Below are positions 28,131-37,629 of a DNA stretch of 45,564 nt, piece by piece. The notes beneath the pieces are model-generated. The model was not told the origin of the DNA and made no database searches. It saw only the letters and a list, made by a program, of their open reading frames with translations. The DNA comes from a virus (lineage: Duplodnaviria; Caudoviricetes): positions 1 through 45,564 of the IMG/VR virus record IMGVR_UViG_3300043748_000006, one strand, 5' to 3'. Positions within the stretch are counted from its first letter, which is position 1; each line of letters opens with the position of its first letter. The position numbers and the translations under genes were made by a program.

Positions 28131-28741
28131 ATTTCACCTTCTTGCTCGATCTCTACTTCACCAAGAATCTCTTGGACCCTGAGATCCAAGTCTTCGTCAT
28201 CTTGGTCAATCATTGGGTCAACTGAAGGAGCAGCCGCATCTTCAGCTTCCTCCTGTGCAATCTGACGTTCAACGGCTTCAAGCGCGGCCTTGAAAGCTTG
28301 AGGACCTAGAACCTTGGGAATACGTCCACCCCAACGTTCGAGATCAGTCTTACCATTGACATTCCATGCGATACCGATTTCAGCAAGACTTTTGTATCGA
28401 CAGAGTTCGGAACAGTAGTTAACTGCCCGATATGTTGTAGTAAACGGCTCGTCACATTGCTTGCAGATCTTGTCAGTGAAACCCTTACCCCTAACCGAAA
28501 CGTAGTAGATAGTCGATTCAGCTTCGAGAGTTACACGTTCCTCGGCCATCTCCAGTTCGTTACGAATACGATCGTAACGATCCTTCTCGGTTTCACGATA
28601 TGTGTCACCGGTACCGGTTCCGCCACCTGTAAAAGCCTTAAGCACATCGCCAATGTTACCCCCGGCGCTTACATCGAAGCCCAGAGCTTTCATGTGCTTG
28701 GCGATAGTGCGATTTGAAACGTTACGCTTGCGGGGTGGCAT
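28127..28741 (-). CDS. Hypothetical zinc-finger protein
   Basis: CKQC...YCSELC motif; acidic tail. Confidence 0.7.
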   Translation of the reverse strand: MPPRKRNVSNRTIAKHMKALGFDVSAGGNIGDVLKAFTGGGTGTGDTYRETEKDRYDRIRNELEMAEERVTLEAESTIYYVSVRGKGFTDKICKQCDEPFTTTYRAVNYCSELCRYKSLAEIGIAWNVNGKTDLERWGGRIPKVLGPQAFKAALEAVERQIAQEEAEDAAAPSVDPMIDQDDEDLDLRVQEILGEVEIEQEGEM

Positions 28742-29207
28742 CTTCGCGGATTTCCTTTACCTTACGAATCTTGTTCTGAACGATGTAGAACGTTACGTGA
28801 GAGTAAGCCGACTTCCAGTTAGTCTTACTGTGTTCTCCAACCTTCATATCGAGTCCGGCCCAAGCCGCGCCTGCATGGAGGGCATCCGTGTTTTGAAGGA
28901 CTAGTTCGTAATTATCTTTAAGTTCACACAGAAGTCGTACGGCTCCAATGATCTGAGAAGCTTCCATGGATCGAGAAGCTACATTCCTCGCAACAGAGGC
29001 AGCCTTATGTACGAGAAGCTTGAAGTTTTCTACTACGAAGGTTACGGGTAGTCCAGTGTTATCGTGGTCTGACATTCCAGCCAGACACTTGATAAACATC
29101 TCCCAATCCATCTGACCATGTTGAATGGGCTTACCTTCATCATTGAAGAAGGCATAGCCGACAGTCTTACCGGGATCGATACCGATGTAACGTACGGTCT
29201 TATTCAT
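28722..29207 (-). CDS. RuvC-like Holliday junction resolvase / RNase H-fold nuclease
   Basis: IGIDPGKTVGYA and VVENF motifs. Confidence 0.7.
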   Translation of the reverse strand: MNKTVRYIGIDPGKTVGYAFFNDEGKPIQHGQMDWEMFIKCLAGMSDHDNTGLPVTFVVENFKLLVHKAASVARNVASRSMEASQIIGAVRLLCELKDNYELVLQNTDALHAGAAWAGLDMKVGEHSKTNWKSAYSHVTFYIVQNKIRKVKEIREDATPQA

Positions 29208-30580
29208 TACTTACCCCAAAACTCTTCTTCGACCGCGAAGTAAACTCCGAAGTCCTTTTCTTCCTCGACACGAGACATGATTTCTTTAATCATCGGAACG
29301 TAGTGGTCAACCTTAGGTTCACGAATCTCAAACACGACCGAGTCGTGAACCTGAAGAAGCATACGACAGTCTTCACCATCGACTTCGTGGAACAGACGAA
29401 GCATAGCAGACTTCACGATATCCGCTCCGCCGCCCTGAATCAGGGAGTTAAAAGCCTTGTGACTGTCGTTTCCTCCACCCTTAAACTTCTGGAAATGACG
29501 AGGACGACCGGCCCACGTCTTGATGGTCATTCGCTCATTGGCGTGCTGATTCACGAACTTAGCGAAACCAGCGAGCCGATCGTATTTCTCTTCCCAGTCA
29601 CGATAGAACTGGCTCGAAGGAAGTTCCTTGATGAACTCCCAAGCGGCTCGATAGTTCTCGTAACGCTTAATGTAAGCGTGTGACATGCCGTCATAACCGT
29701 ATTCCTTGGGATCAGGCTTACGGTAGTTGTCTCGAACCCACTGAGGAACTTCATCGCCAAGCATGATGGCAATCTTCAACATACCTGCGCCGAACTGCTT
29801 GGCATAGGTAAGAGTCTTCATCCCCTGTCGCGCTTCAGATGGATCGAGTCCCATCTCAAGACACATCTGGATGAAGATGTCTCGATCCTTCTTTTCCCAA
29901 CGTTCGGGACTCTTGGATCGATTGAAGATTTCAATCAGATTAGCTTGCCCAGCGTAAGGCATTGACGAAGCGAGACGGAACTCAAGCTGAGAGTAGTCCA
30001 CAGAAACGAGTCGATAACCTCGTCGAGCCACAAAGGCTTTCTTGAGTCCTCCATTCCAATCCTTGTTTGACTCACGAGGAATCTGCTGTAGGTTCGGTTT
30101 TGAGCATGATAGCCGACCCGTCTTAGTACCCGCTTGGTTGTAGTTACAGCGCAATCGTCCATCGTTGGACACAAGAGCCAAGTATGGATTGTAAAAAGCG
30201 GATAGGGACTTTTCCCATCCCCGCCATTCCAGAATCCTTGTAGCCAAGTCGGAATACTTATCGGCTCGAAGTTCAAGTAGTCGATCATAGTCTTCCATCG
30301 CAGCTTTATCAAAGGAGTAACGTCCCTTATCTGTCTTGTGGTCTTCAAGAAGTGGAATGTTAGCCTTTTTGAAGAGCTGTATCATGTTGTTGTGTGAGTT
30401 CGGAGAAAGTTCACCAAACTCATTGTGAAGCTGCTGCATTCGAGATTCACCGATAGCTCGTTGCTGTCGGCAGTATCGCTGATCGATCTCAACTCCACGC
30501 GATTCCATTGTCATAAGAAGTCGCATGAACTCTTGTTCACGTTCCCAGTAATTCTTGATGGGAGTTTGAAACTTAGCCAT
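29207..30580 (-). CDS. DNA polymerase A, polymerase domain only
   Basis: TKTGRLSC..PNLQQIP, motif A DYSQLEFRL, motif B R...K...Y...FG, N..IQG..ADI.K, motif C QVHDS. Confidence 0.93.
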   Translation of the reverse strand: MAKFQTPIKNYWEREQEFMRLLMTMESRGVEIDQRYCRQQRAIGESRMQQLHNEFGELSPNSHNNMIQLFKKANIPLLEDHKTDKGRYSFDKAAMEDYDRLLELRADKYSDLATRILEWRGWEKSLSAFYNPYLALVSNDGRLRCNYNQAGTKTGRLSCSKPNLQQIPRESNKDWNGGLKKAFVARRGYRLVSVDYSQLEFRLASSMPYAGQANLIEIFNRSKSPERWEKKDRDIFIQMCLEMGLDPSEARQGMKTLTYAKQFGAGMLKIAIMLGDEVPQWVRDNYRKPDPKEYGYDGMSHAYIKRYENYRAAWEFIKELPSSQFYRDWEEKYDRLAGFAKFVNQHANERMTIKTWAGRPRHFQKFKGGGNDSHKAFNSLIQGGGADIVKSAMLRLFHEVDGEDCRMLLQVHDSVVFEIREPKVDHYVPMIKEIMSRVEEEKDFGVYFAVEEEFWGK

Positions 30581-30776
30581 TCTTCACCACTCGGCTAAAG
30601 AAACGAAGTGGTCGTGCGTATGTCATTTGATTAGTTCGCCAGACTTTAACAGTCTGATACATATCTCCATTATCAAGACGACCTTGTTGAGCCATGAATC
30701 GGTAAGTCTTTCCTCCAATGGTACGAAACCACTTCATTTCATGTACAATTCGCTCACTCACCGGTAAGTCCCTCAC
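30573..30776 (-). CDS. Small basic hypothetical protein between the two polymerase halves
   Basis: 67 aa ORF overlapping both neighbours by a few codons. Confidence 0.6.
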   Translation of the reverse strand: MRDLPVSERIVHEMKWFRTIGGKTYRFMAQQGRLDNGDMYQTVKVWRTNQMTYARPLRFFSRVVKNG

Positions 30777-31392
30777 TCTGAAACTTGGGCCAAAGCTTTT
30801 CGAACAATTCTAGGGTTCGTTCAGTATCCCCTGTCGCGTAATCACCCATTACAGCAGCAGGAAATCTAGCCGACCATCCAAACATGGTCATGCATGCTTG
30901 CCAGAGTTCTGACTTTCTCTTTCCTTCATTCTTACAGACGTTCTTACTCAGCCAGTCGAGTGTCTTACTGAAGTAGTTCTCATTGGTGAGATGAGCCATC
31001 ATCATCGTATCGTAAAAGTAGACGTTCCTCATATCCAGACCAACGGTCAGCATAGAGAAAAGGTCGAACTTCGCGTTGTGATAGATAACAGGCATCTGCT
31101 TGTTGCGCATCAGGAGAAGACGAAACAGCTTCTCCCTGTTCTCATCCGAGATGTTGTTTTCTTCGTGTTTGATCGGGAAATAGTAACTGAACATCTCATC
31201 GTTGTTGAACATGTTACGTCCGGCAACAGAAATCCCGATCAGATGATCTGTTCCGTCCTTGACTTCCAGACCCGTTGATTCAGTGTCAACGGCCAGAAAA
31301 AGAGCCGAGGACATTTCAAAGAAGGCTTTTTCACACTGACTATCGAAATCGAAGTTATCAACTTCAGAAAGATCCTGCATTAAAGCCCCCAC
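30754..31392 (-). CDS. DNA polymerase A 3'-5' exonuclease domain (separate gene)
   Basis: Exo I AVDTESTGL, Exo II HNAKFD, DTM, Exo III YATGD; start may be ATG 31380. Confidence 0.9.
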   Translation of the reverse strand: MGALMQDLSEVDNFDFDSQCEKAFFEMSSALFLAVDTESTGLEVKDGTDHLIGISVAGRNMFNNDEMFSYYFPIKHEENNISDENREKLFRLLLMRNKQMPVIYHNAKFDLFSMLTVGLDMRNVYFYDTMMMAHLTNENYFSKTLDWLSKNVCKNEGKRKSELWQACMTMFGWSARFPAAVMGDYATGDTERTLELFEKLWPKFQSEGLTGE

Positions 31393-33232
31393 CGCTCTTA
31401 GGCTTTTCTTCCGCGACAGGGGAACGAGGACTAGGTACTTCCTGAGTTCCTACCCCTGTCGCGTTCATAGCAAATACGGGTCGTGTGAAAGACTTGATAT
31501 TGTCGTCAAAGACGATATCAAATACATCTCCGTTATTACTTGAGAATCGTGTCTTGAGATATGAAACCGTGGCGTACAGTCCTGGCTTCTCTTCATCCCG
31601 AACCATGCACATCACAGAGATAGCATCTGCGGAGATGGCACGAGATCCAAACATGTCATCGAGACGCTTACGGCTGGCCGTCGTGCTCGACCGGTTCTGA
31701 TCCTTTACGGTGTGGGAAATGTAGATGACCGAGAAGTCCAGACCGTTACGAAGCTGCTTGAACCACTTGAGCGTCTTCTTCACTACAACTTCATCAGTCA
31801 GTGAAGGTGCGAGAGATACGGTGGCCGAGTCGATGAGAACGATGTCAGGTCGAAACTCGTTCACCTTGAGAACAAACTTCATGACCATAGAATCCTGAGG
31901 ATTCCAGAATTCAAGAGGCTCGGTTGACTCAGCGAAGATCTGAAAGTTCTCTTCGAGAAGATCCAAGTCGGATTCGTTCTTGGGAGTGAACTTCTCCAGG
32001 AACTCCTTGGTCTGATCTTCAGGCATCTCAAGCGACAAGTACAGAATCTTCACGGATCGTCCGAGAGCGTTTTTCCACCCGAACATTTCCTTGTTCATGG
32101 CCAAATGCTTACACAGTTCAATGGCAAGCATGGTCTTACCCGAACCGGGAGGACCAACCAAGTACATGTTGGAACGTCGAGGAATCAGACCATCGACCAC
32201 GTATTCAAGACTCTGGGCCGTGTTGAGAAACGTTCTCCATCCCTTGGTCTGAAGAATCGTCGAGTTATCTTCGAGCTTCTTGTCTGTCTTAGGCTTCTTG
32301 TTTCGAATGTAATCAACGAGCCGAATGTACTGCTCTACCGAATCATGACGATCGGCGTACTTCCTGAGCTTACGATCCATCCACTCAACCAACGAGTAGA
32401 TTTCTTCATTCGTCATACCCATCTCGGCACACTCAAACCCAAGACGGGTAAGAGCTTCCGATCGACGGATCTTCTGTTCCTTGAACTTAGCCGGAGGCTT
32501 AAACAGCAAATCAACTACGTCAGCATCCGTGAAGCTATACTTCGCGATGATACTAGTAGCTGAAGGGACAAGCATCGGATTGAAGTTCGATGCCGAAAAC
32601 TGCGTCTGGGGAACCGGGACATCCTTGAACGCAGTAGAAGCGTAGAACTTGGATGTCTTACTAAGGATCGCTACTTCTTCATGATCCCGCTTGTGATTGA
32701 TTCCCGAGACAGGGCGAAGCACCTTATGTGCGTACCAACAACTAAGGTCTCCGCCGAGGGCGTAAACAAGTCCCTTGTTAATGTCTTGAAGGTCAGCCAA
32801 ATCCGTAATCAGATTCGGTGACCTCCAGTACCAGTGCTCATAACCATCTACTGAAGACTGAATCCTCAGCGAAGGGAGCGGAATATTCTGTTCTCGAAGT
32901 TCTGACTCGGTCGGAACCTTTCCATCAAACTCAGCCCAGTAACAGAGACTTCCCTTTACGTCAGAAGCCTTCGTTCCTCCTTTGTCCTTGAACAGTACGG
33001 GGCTGATGTAAACATCGAAATCATCTCGATTACTGATGACATGCTGTACAAGCTTGTCCTTCTCACGTGGCCAAGCGAAGTGATGGGGAGTCCAATCACC
33101 ATCCTTATCGTGCTTGCCCTCAAGCGTTAGATCCTTTGTGGGGGAGTAGACCCAACCAGTCTCATTCCCATAAAGGAACTCAAGCTGAGACGTAAGTGTC
33201 TCATCAGGCTTGAGGTTACGAATTGCGCCCAC
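31364..33232 (-). CDS. Primase-helicase: RepB'-like/AEP primase domain fused to a RecA/DnaB-like ATPase
   Basis: WAEFDG...PS...QSS....H.YW and LRP....NHK in the N-terminus; GPPGSGKT, LYLSLEM, VLIDS, ISH in the C-terminus. Confidence 0.85.
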   Translation of the reverse strand: MGAIRNLKPDETLTSQLEFLYGNETGWVYSPTKDLTLEGKHDKDGDWTPHHFAWPREKDKLVQHVISNRDDFDVYISPVLFKDKGGTKASDVKGSLCYWAEFDGKVPTESELREQNIPLPSLRIQSSVDGYEHWYWRSPNLITDLADLQDINKGLVYALGGDLSCWYAHKVLRPVSGINHKRDHEEVAILSKTSKFYASTAFKDVPVPQTQFSASNFNPMLVPSATSIIAKYSFTDADVVDLLFKPPAKFKEQKIRRSEALTRLGFECAEMGMTNEEIYSLVEWMDRKLRKYADRHDSVEQYIRLVDYIRNKKPKTDKKLEDNSTILQTKGWRTFLNTAQSLEYVVDGLIPRRSNMYLVGPPGSGKTMLAIELCKHLAMNKEMFGWKNALGRSVKILYLSLEMPEDQTKEFLEKFTPKNESDLDLLEENFQIFAESTEPLEFWNPQDSMVMKFVLKVNEFRPDIVLIDSATVSLAPSLTDEVVVKKTLKWFKQLRNGLDFSVIYISHTVKDQNRSSTTASRKRLDDMFGSRAISADAISVMCMVRDEEKPGLYATVSYLKTRFSSNNGDVFDIVFDDNIKSFTRPVFAMNATGVGTQEVPSPRSPVAEEKPKSGGGFNAGSF

Positions 33233-33273
33233 AGTTCCGCCTATCTAGAACTTCGGTTGACAAACGCAGTCAA

Positions 33274-33311
33274 CGACAGGGGAATCAGCTGCCAAACTGA
33301 TTCCCCTGTCG
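33274..33311 (-). terminator. Stem-loop built from two opposed copies of the 11-mer core
   Basis: 15-bp stem CGACAGGGGAATCAG/CTGATTCCCCTGTCG, 8-nt loop, between the SSB-like and primase genes. Confidence 0.75.
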
Positions 33312-33323
33312 CGACTTTACTAC

Positions 33324-33917
33324 TTAGCTAGCGAACGGGTCGTAGTCATCTCCCGTACCGGCACCGTCGAGCGAAACCCACTTGTTGAAGTTGAGACGCT
33401 TAACGCCCTGCTTATCCTTCTTGTTGACTACCGTTCCGTAGAACTCGTTACCGTCCAGCATGTCCTTAGCGTTTCGGTGGTTGAACGTCGCAAGATCGGA
33501 AGAGCTCAGACCGAAAGCGATCAGGTGATTACGAAGATTAGCGAGAGCAGAAACCTTCTTACCCTCGTCCTCGCCATCAATCTTAGTCGGGAAGTACAGC
33601 CACTCAGAAGCCCAACGCTTCTCGTAGGGACCATCAGCAATCGCGTAGCTGAAGGTGACACCGACCTTCTTAACGGGAAGATCCTTCGTGGCGTTCGTCA
33701 CCTTGAACTTAACGTCCGTGATACGGAATCGGTACGTACCGTCCGGAACACCAAACGGGTCCTCCGGAAGAGCCTCAATGTCAACATTATCGAAGAGGTT
33801 ACCCTCATCGGAAAGAAGCGCATCGATGTCGTTGGGGTCGTCACTGTTGTCGGTCGAAACCGGCTCACCAACGTTGGCGGACTGAGCGAGGAACTCGTTA
33901 ACGTCGAAGTCAGACAT
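33324..33917 (-). CDS. Putative ssDNA-binding protein (DUF669-like OB fold)
   Basis: VPDGTYRFRITDV motif, acidic C-terminus ending DDYDPFAS, next to the Sak4-like ATPase. Confidence 0.65.
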   Translation of the reverse strand: MSDFDVNEFLAQSANVGEPVSTDNSDDPNDIDALLSDEGNLFDNVDIEALPEDPFGVPDGTYRFRITDVKFKVTNATKDLPVKKVGVTFSYAIADGPYEKRWASEWLYFPTKIDGEDEGKKVSALANLRNHLIAFGLSSSDLATFNHRNAKDMLDGNEFYGTVVNKKDKQGVKRLNFNKWVSLDGAGTGDDYDPFAS

Positions 33918-33979
33918 GTTGTTTTCTCTTTCGTCTTTTGTCTTGTTTGTTTTGTTTGTTACTTAGTGACTGATGTTAA

Positions 33980-34177
33980 TCAGACACCGGGCGGAGCCGG
34001 AGTCGGGACCACCGGGGGAGTGGCCACAAGGGAAGCATACACCGCCTGAAACGTCCCGAGTACCTCCGTGGGCGTCGGGAGTGTCGCGTCCACGGTGCTG
34101 GTGTCAGCCTGAACCTTAAGATCAACCTGGTTGCTGGTCTTAGATTCGATAGACACATTTATCGGCTTTGTAGCCAT
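33980..34177 (-). CDS. Small Pro/Thr-rich hypothetical protein
   Basis: 65 aa ORF filling the gap; overlaps the upstream stop. Confidence 0.5.
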   Translation of the reverse strand: MATKPINVSIESKTSNQVDLKVQADTSTVDATLPTPTEVLGTFQAVYASLVATPPVVPTPAPPGV

Positions 34178-34929
34178 TCCGTTACCGCCTTCACGAAATC
34201 ATCGTCAGACATGAGAGGACGAAGACTCTTGATCTGCGACTTACCGGCAACCTTGTTCGTTGCTACGGTTGAAACAAATCGCTGAATCGGAGTTCGTTCT
34301 CCAAGTCCAACAGGCTTATTACTTGGCTTTTCATCACCACCAATGGTGTCCATGTAGATTACCAAATTTGCCTTACCGTTCGCTACCTGATAGATAGCGT
34401 CCGGAAGCTTAGGACGAACCTTATCCCCTGGCACCTTCTTTTCAGTGTCGGGGAACCTAACGTGGCAGTTCAGAATCACATTGAAATCACTCTGAGCTGC
34501 GAGATCCTGAAGAATCGGATTCCAAATCTTCTCGGACAGGAGATAATCCTGGAGAACAGGAACTTTAGGGTGACGACGTTCAACGTCGAGGTAGCCGGGA
34601 AACTTCGGATCCATGTACTGCTGAAGTACCTTCGACTGAATACCAGTGAAGGTGTCAATCAGCAATGTGTCGAAGTCCTCAAGCCCCTTCCTACGACGGT
34701 CCATCGCCGTGTAAATGTCCTGAGTTGTCTTAAAGACTCGGACCTTAGCCTTTTCCTGCAACTCAGGAAAATCATTGAGGGCTCGATGTCCGGACTCATC
34801 AGTCAAAATGAGCACCTTTCCACTCACGCGGTTGGCAAGAACCGTCTTACCAACGTTGGGCGGACCGAACAGAACCATGAAAAGCTTCTTGGCAACATCG
34901 CCTACCGGAGTAGCCCAGTCATCACTCAT
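34159..34929 (-). CDS. AAA ATPase, Sak4-like recombination protein
   Basis: GPPNVGKT, TLLIDT, VILNCH motifs. Confidence 0.8.
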   Translation of the reverse strand: MSDDWATPVGDVAKKLFMVLFGPPNVGKTVLANRVSGKVLILTDESGHRALNDFPELQEKAKVRVFKTTQDIYTAMDRRRKGLEDFDTLLIDTFTGIQSKVLQQYMDPKFPGYLDVERRHPKVPVLQDYLLSEKIWNPILQDLAAQSDFNVILNCHVRFPDTEKKVPGDKVRPKLPDAIYQVANGKANLVIYMDTIGGDEKPSNKPVGLGERTPIQRFVSTVATNKVAGKSQIKSLRPLMSDDDFVKAVTEWLQSR

Positions 34930-35144
34930 TAATAACTCCTATGTCCGATCGTCACTGTCTTGTACCGCGTACACGGCTCGGCTCGGTAGAGTTGAACTGT
35001 TCGTTCTTCTCTAGCGTTCTTAAAGTATCGCTTCAAAGCATCTTCCTGCCCTGTCGCGACAACCAGATGCATTTCTACATCATCCATACCGAAGACAACA
35101 TGTACTTCCCAGAGTTGCCTTACAGATTCATCATTCGGTGTCAT
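34929..35144 (-). CDS. Hypothetical protein
   Basis: Coupled 71 aa ORF. Confidence 0.65.
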   Translation of the reverse strand: MTPNDESVRQLWEVHVVFGMDDVEMHLVVATGQEDALKRYFKNAREERTVQLYRAEPCTRYKTVTIGHRSY

Positions 35145-36012
35145 CCGTGTATCCGTAGTCGTTCCTCTTGAAGTTCACCATTTCCATGGTCTTCGTGTCG
35201 AGATTCTGGAGCTGAAGATTACACAGAGATTCAACCAAGCAGAAGTCACACGTCGTCTTGATGAAAGCGCGAGTAGCTTCTTCATCAACTTCCTCACGAG
35301 ACATAGCACTAAGTTCATTAACCCTCTTAGCGATAAGAACGTGATTCTTGTTGATGTTCCTGTGCTTCACCGGCTGATAGGGAACTTCTTCACGGTGAAA
35401 ACGATCCCGAGCATCAGGGCGAAAACGAATCTCTGAGAAAATCATCGGCCCATGCTTCTCATCAGGGTACATCGATCGAATGGCTCGAATGTAGTTCGCC
35501 GAACTAGCATTCATTCGATATGCCTTAGCTGACCAGAAATTGTAAAGGAACTTGTGATCCCAAACTGAAATCTTACCCTTGTGCTCTCCGACCAACCAAC
35601 GAACGAGAAGATCAATTCGTCCAACGAAACCGAATGAAGGATCTTCGACCTTCAACTCAACTTCGAGGATTTCGAACTTATCCAACTCATCGCCATAAAA
35701 CTTAAAGTACTCATCGAGTAGCGCAGCCATATCGGCGTACATCTTCGCCTTATCGGCATCACGCGTCATGTAATAGAAAGAAGCTTCCATGGCCTTCTCA
35801 ATGACGAACTTCCTAGCTTCGTCATGAGAAACACCTTCCATACGCTTACGGTAGTAGTGCTCAAGACACGTGTGTCCGAATACGCCTCGCGTTACTGCAT
35901 CTCCGTCAGTAAGAGGCCTAAGACGGTAGTCGGGATGAAACTTGAACTTCCACTGCGTCTCACACTTGATAGCGTCAGCGGCTTCAGTCGTTGAAATGGG
36001 GCGCGCAGTCAT
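35131..36012 (-). CDS. PD-(D/E)XK (Cas4/RecB-like) exonuclease
   Basis: N-terminal Cys, G..GH..LE, GRIDLL, WDHK, C-terminal C..C.....C. Confidence 0.85.
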   Translation of the reverse strand: MTARPISTTEAADAIKCETQWKFKFHPDYRLRPLTDGDAVTRGVFGHTCLEHYYRKRMEGVSHDEARKFVIEKAMEASFYYMTRDADKAKMYADMAALLDEYFKFYGDELDKFEILEVELKVEDPSFGFVGRIDLLVRWLVGEHKGKISVWDHKFLYNFWSAKAYRMNASSANYIRAIRSMYPDEKHGPMIFSEIRFRPDARDRFHREEVPYQPVKHRNINKNHVLIAKRVNELSAMSREEVDEEATRAFIKTTCDFCLVESLCNLQLQNLDTKTMEMVNFKRNDYGYTDDTE

Positions 36013-36349
36013 CGCAGAAAACCTCGTTAATCTTGTCGTAGATGGATTCGGTTCCGTCTTTAATTCTTGGTGACGTCATCGCTCGTGCAATATAGACGAC
36101 GGACTGGATTTTCCACTCACCGTCTATTCGGATGGTCGGAGTGAGCTTCGTACTGTAGAAGTACTCATTGCATCCATCACACTCATAGATGACGTTCTCT
36201 TGATACGGCTTCCCGCATCTGTGAAGCATGGTGTTCTTCTCGAAGGAGTAGTGTGACCCCTGTCGCGAGAAGTTAGCCCGTTTCGAACATGTGCAAGTAA
36301 GTTTTTCAAGTACTTGTGGAAGGTTTTCAACAATCATTATCACGGTCAT
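35984..36349 (-). CDS. Cys-rich hypothetical protein
   Basis: CTC, H.C, CDGC, CDDC. Confidence 0.6.
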   Translation of the reverse strand: MTVIMIVENLPQVLEKLTCTCSKRANFSRQGSHYSFEKNTMLHRCGKPYQENVIYECDGCNEYFYSTKLTPTIRIDGEWKIQSVVYIARAMTSPRIKDGTESIYDKINEVFCDDCAPHFND

Positions 36350-36530
36350 ATTTCACCGCCATAACCTGGAACTGAAGATCTTCGATAATCTTCTCTGCTT
36401 CATCAGCTGTCAGGTGTACGAAGGTGTGTTGATCATCCACGTACGTAGACATCTTGATTCTGTCACCGTTCTTAAGGTGACGTTGAATCCTTATAGAAGC
36501 CTCACCGTTTTCAACGTGATGTACGGCCAT
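36327..36530 (-). CDS. Hypothetical protein
   Basis: Coupled 67 aa ORF. Confidence 0.65.
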   Translation of the reverse strand: MAVHHVENGEASIRIQRHLKNGDRIKMSTYVDDQHTFVHLTADEAEKIIEDLQFQVMAVKYDRDNDC

Positions 36531-37138
36531 CAGTCCTTCACCTTCTTCAACTTAACGCCCTTCCACTTCTTCTCGCTGTCTACAATATCTTGATATGTCG
36601 CAGACTTGGGAGCATGTTGCTCGTAGACGCTGTTCCAAACGTATGTTGGATCGTTCGTAGCGTGCCAGCGATTATGGCAATTATGGCAAATCCTATGTAC
36701 ATTACCGCCTTCGTTATTGAGAGTGTTCTTGTCGGGACCATGATGGCGAGCCTGTTGCTTGCCGTTATAACATCCGACGATAGGGATATTTCCACCACAA
36801 TTAATCTGCTGTTGCCATTCACAGTCTGCCTCTTCATCCAGCGGATACATAACCGCTGCTCTTTTACGTCCCGTGGACTGTTGGTCTTTAAGGTTTGAAT
36901 CGTCTTTGTAAGTGTTTACTTCTCGAACGGGTCCGGAGGAAGTTTCAGATTCCTCATCTGATCCTCCCAGAACTGCTGCTCGATCTTCCGTGACATTCTG
37001 TTCTGCCACCAATGCATTAGTGCCATCCCAATCAGGGACAGGAATAGACTCACTCCCAAGATTAACCAATTGATGGTTGCATTGTTCATTTTCAGCACAC
37101 TCCCATGTTCGTCCTTGTAGACAAGCTACACATCGCAT
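36530..37138 (-). CDS. Zn-binding protein with a C-terminal HNH-like motif
   Basis: RHHGPDKNTLNNE..NVHRICHNCHNRWH. Confidence 0.6.
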   Translation of the reverse strand: MRCVACLQGRTWECAENEQCNHQLVNLGSESIPVPDWDGTNALVAEQNVTEDRAAVLGGSDEESETSSGPVREVNTYKDDSNLKDQQSTGRKRAAVMYPLDEEADCEWQQQINCGGNIPIVGCYNGKQQARHHGPDKNTLNNEGGNVHRICHNCHNRWHATNDPTYVWNSVYEQHAPKSATYQDIVDSEKKWKGVKLKKVKD

Positions 37139-37139
37139 G

Positions 37140-37382
37140 TCAGTTCTTCACCCACGCGCGGTCATTACCCTTACGCCAGTTACAGTAGTTGTGCGTAAGT
37201 GCAAGGTTGTTCTTAGTGTTAAGACCACCCTTGGACTTCGGAACTACGTGATCCTTACTGGCTTCTTCACGACGAACAGGCTTCTCACAGAGATAACAAA
37301 CACCCTTATCCCTACGATAAAGCTTGTTCATCGAATAGTGAGGGTTAGACTTACGCGACAGGGGTCGAGTTCGTCGAGGCAT
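37140..37382 (-). CDS. HNH endonuclease (small)
   Basis: RDKGVCYLC...DHVVPKSKGG.....NL...H..CN..KGN. Confidence 0.9.
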   Translation of the reverse strand: MPRRTRPLSRKSNPHYSMNKLYRRDKGVCYLCEKPVRREEASKDHVVPKSKGGLNTKNNLALTHNYCNWRKGNDRAWVKN

Positions 37383-37567
37383 TATTCATCCTTAGGTTTA
37401 TCCTTGTCAGGTTGTTCGAGTTTATCAGGTTCATCTTCATCTTTCTTCTGATCGAAGAGATCCAACGATCCAAATACGTTACTAAAGGCTTCGAGCGCCA
37501 GCTCGTCAGTGTAATTTGTCTTAAGGTGATGCGGGTACTTATTCTTCGACTTACGTCGTTGCGTCAT
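37382..37567 (-). CDS. Hypothetical protein
   Basis: Basic N-terminus and acidic C-terminus; start uncertain (37567 or 37582). Confidence 0.5.
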   Translation of the reverse strand: MTQRRKSKNKYPHHLKTNYTDELALEAFSNVFGSLDLFDQKKDEDEPDKLEQPDKDKPKDE

Positions 37568-37591
37568 GTTGGTTTCATCCAAACCAAATAA

Positions 37592-37625
37592 AAGAAGGCC
37601 CAGCGGGAGTACGCTAGACCTTCTT
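37592..37625 (-). terminator. Minus-strand terminator-like hairpin
   Basis: AAGAAGG..AGCG/CGCT..CCTTCTT; mismatches become G-U on the minus strand; followed by a T-rich tract. Confidence 0.55.
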
Positions 37626-37629
37626 AGGC

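Noticed and set aside
30573-30776. Group I intron or intein interrupting the polymerase
   Set aside because: Interval is under 200 nt, filled by a coupled ORF, and lacks intein terminal residues or intron core elements
35131-36012. Cas4 as part of a CRISPR system
   Set aside because: No array or other cas genes; it sits in a standard exonuclease/Sak4/SSB recombination module
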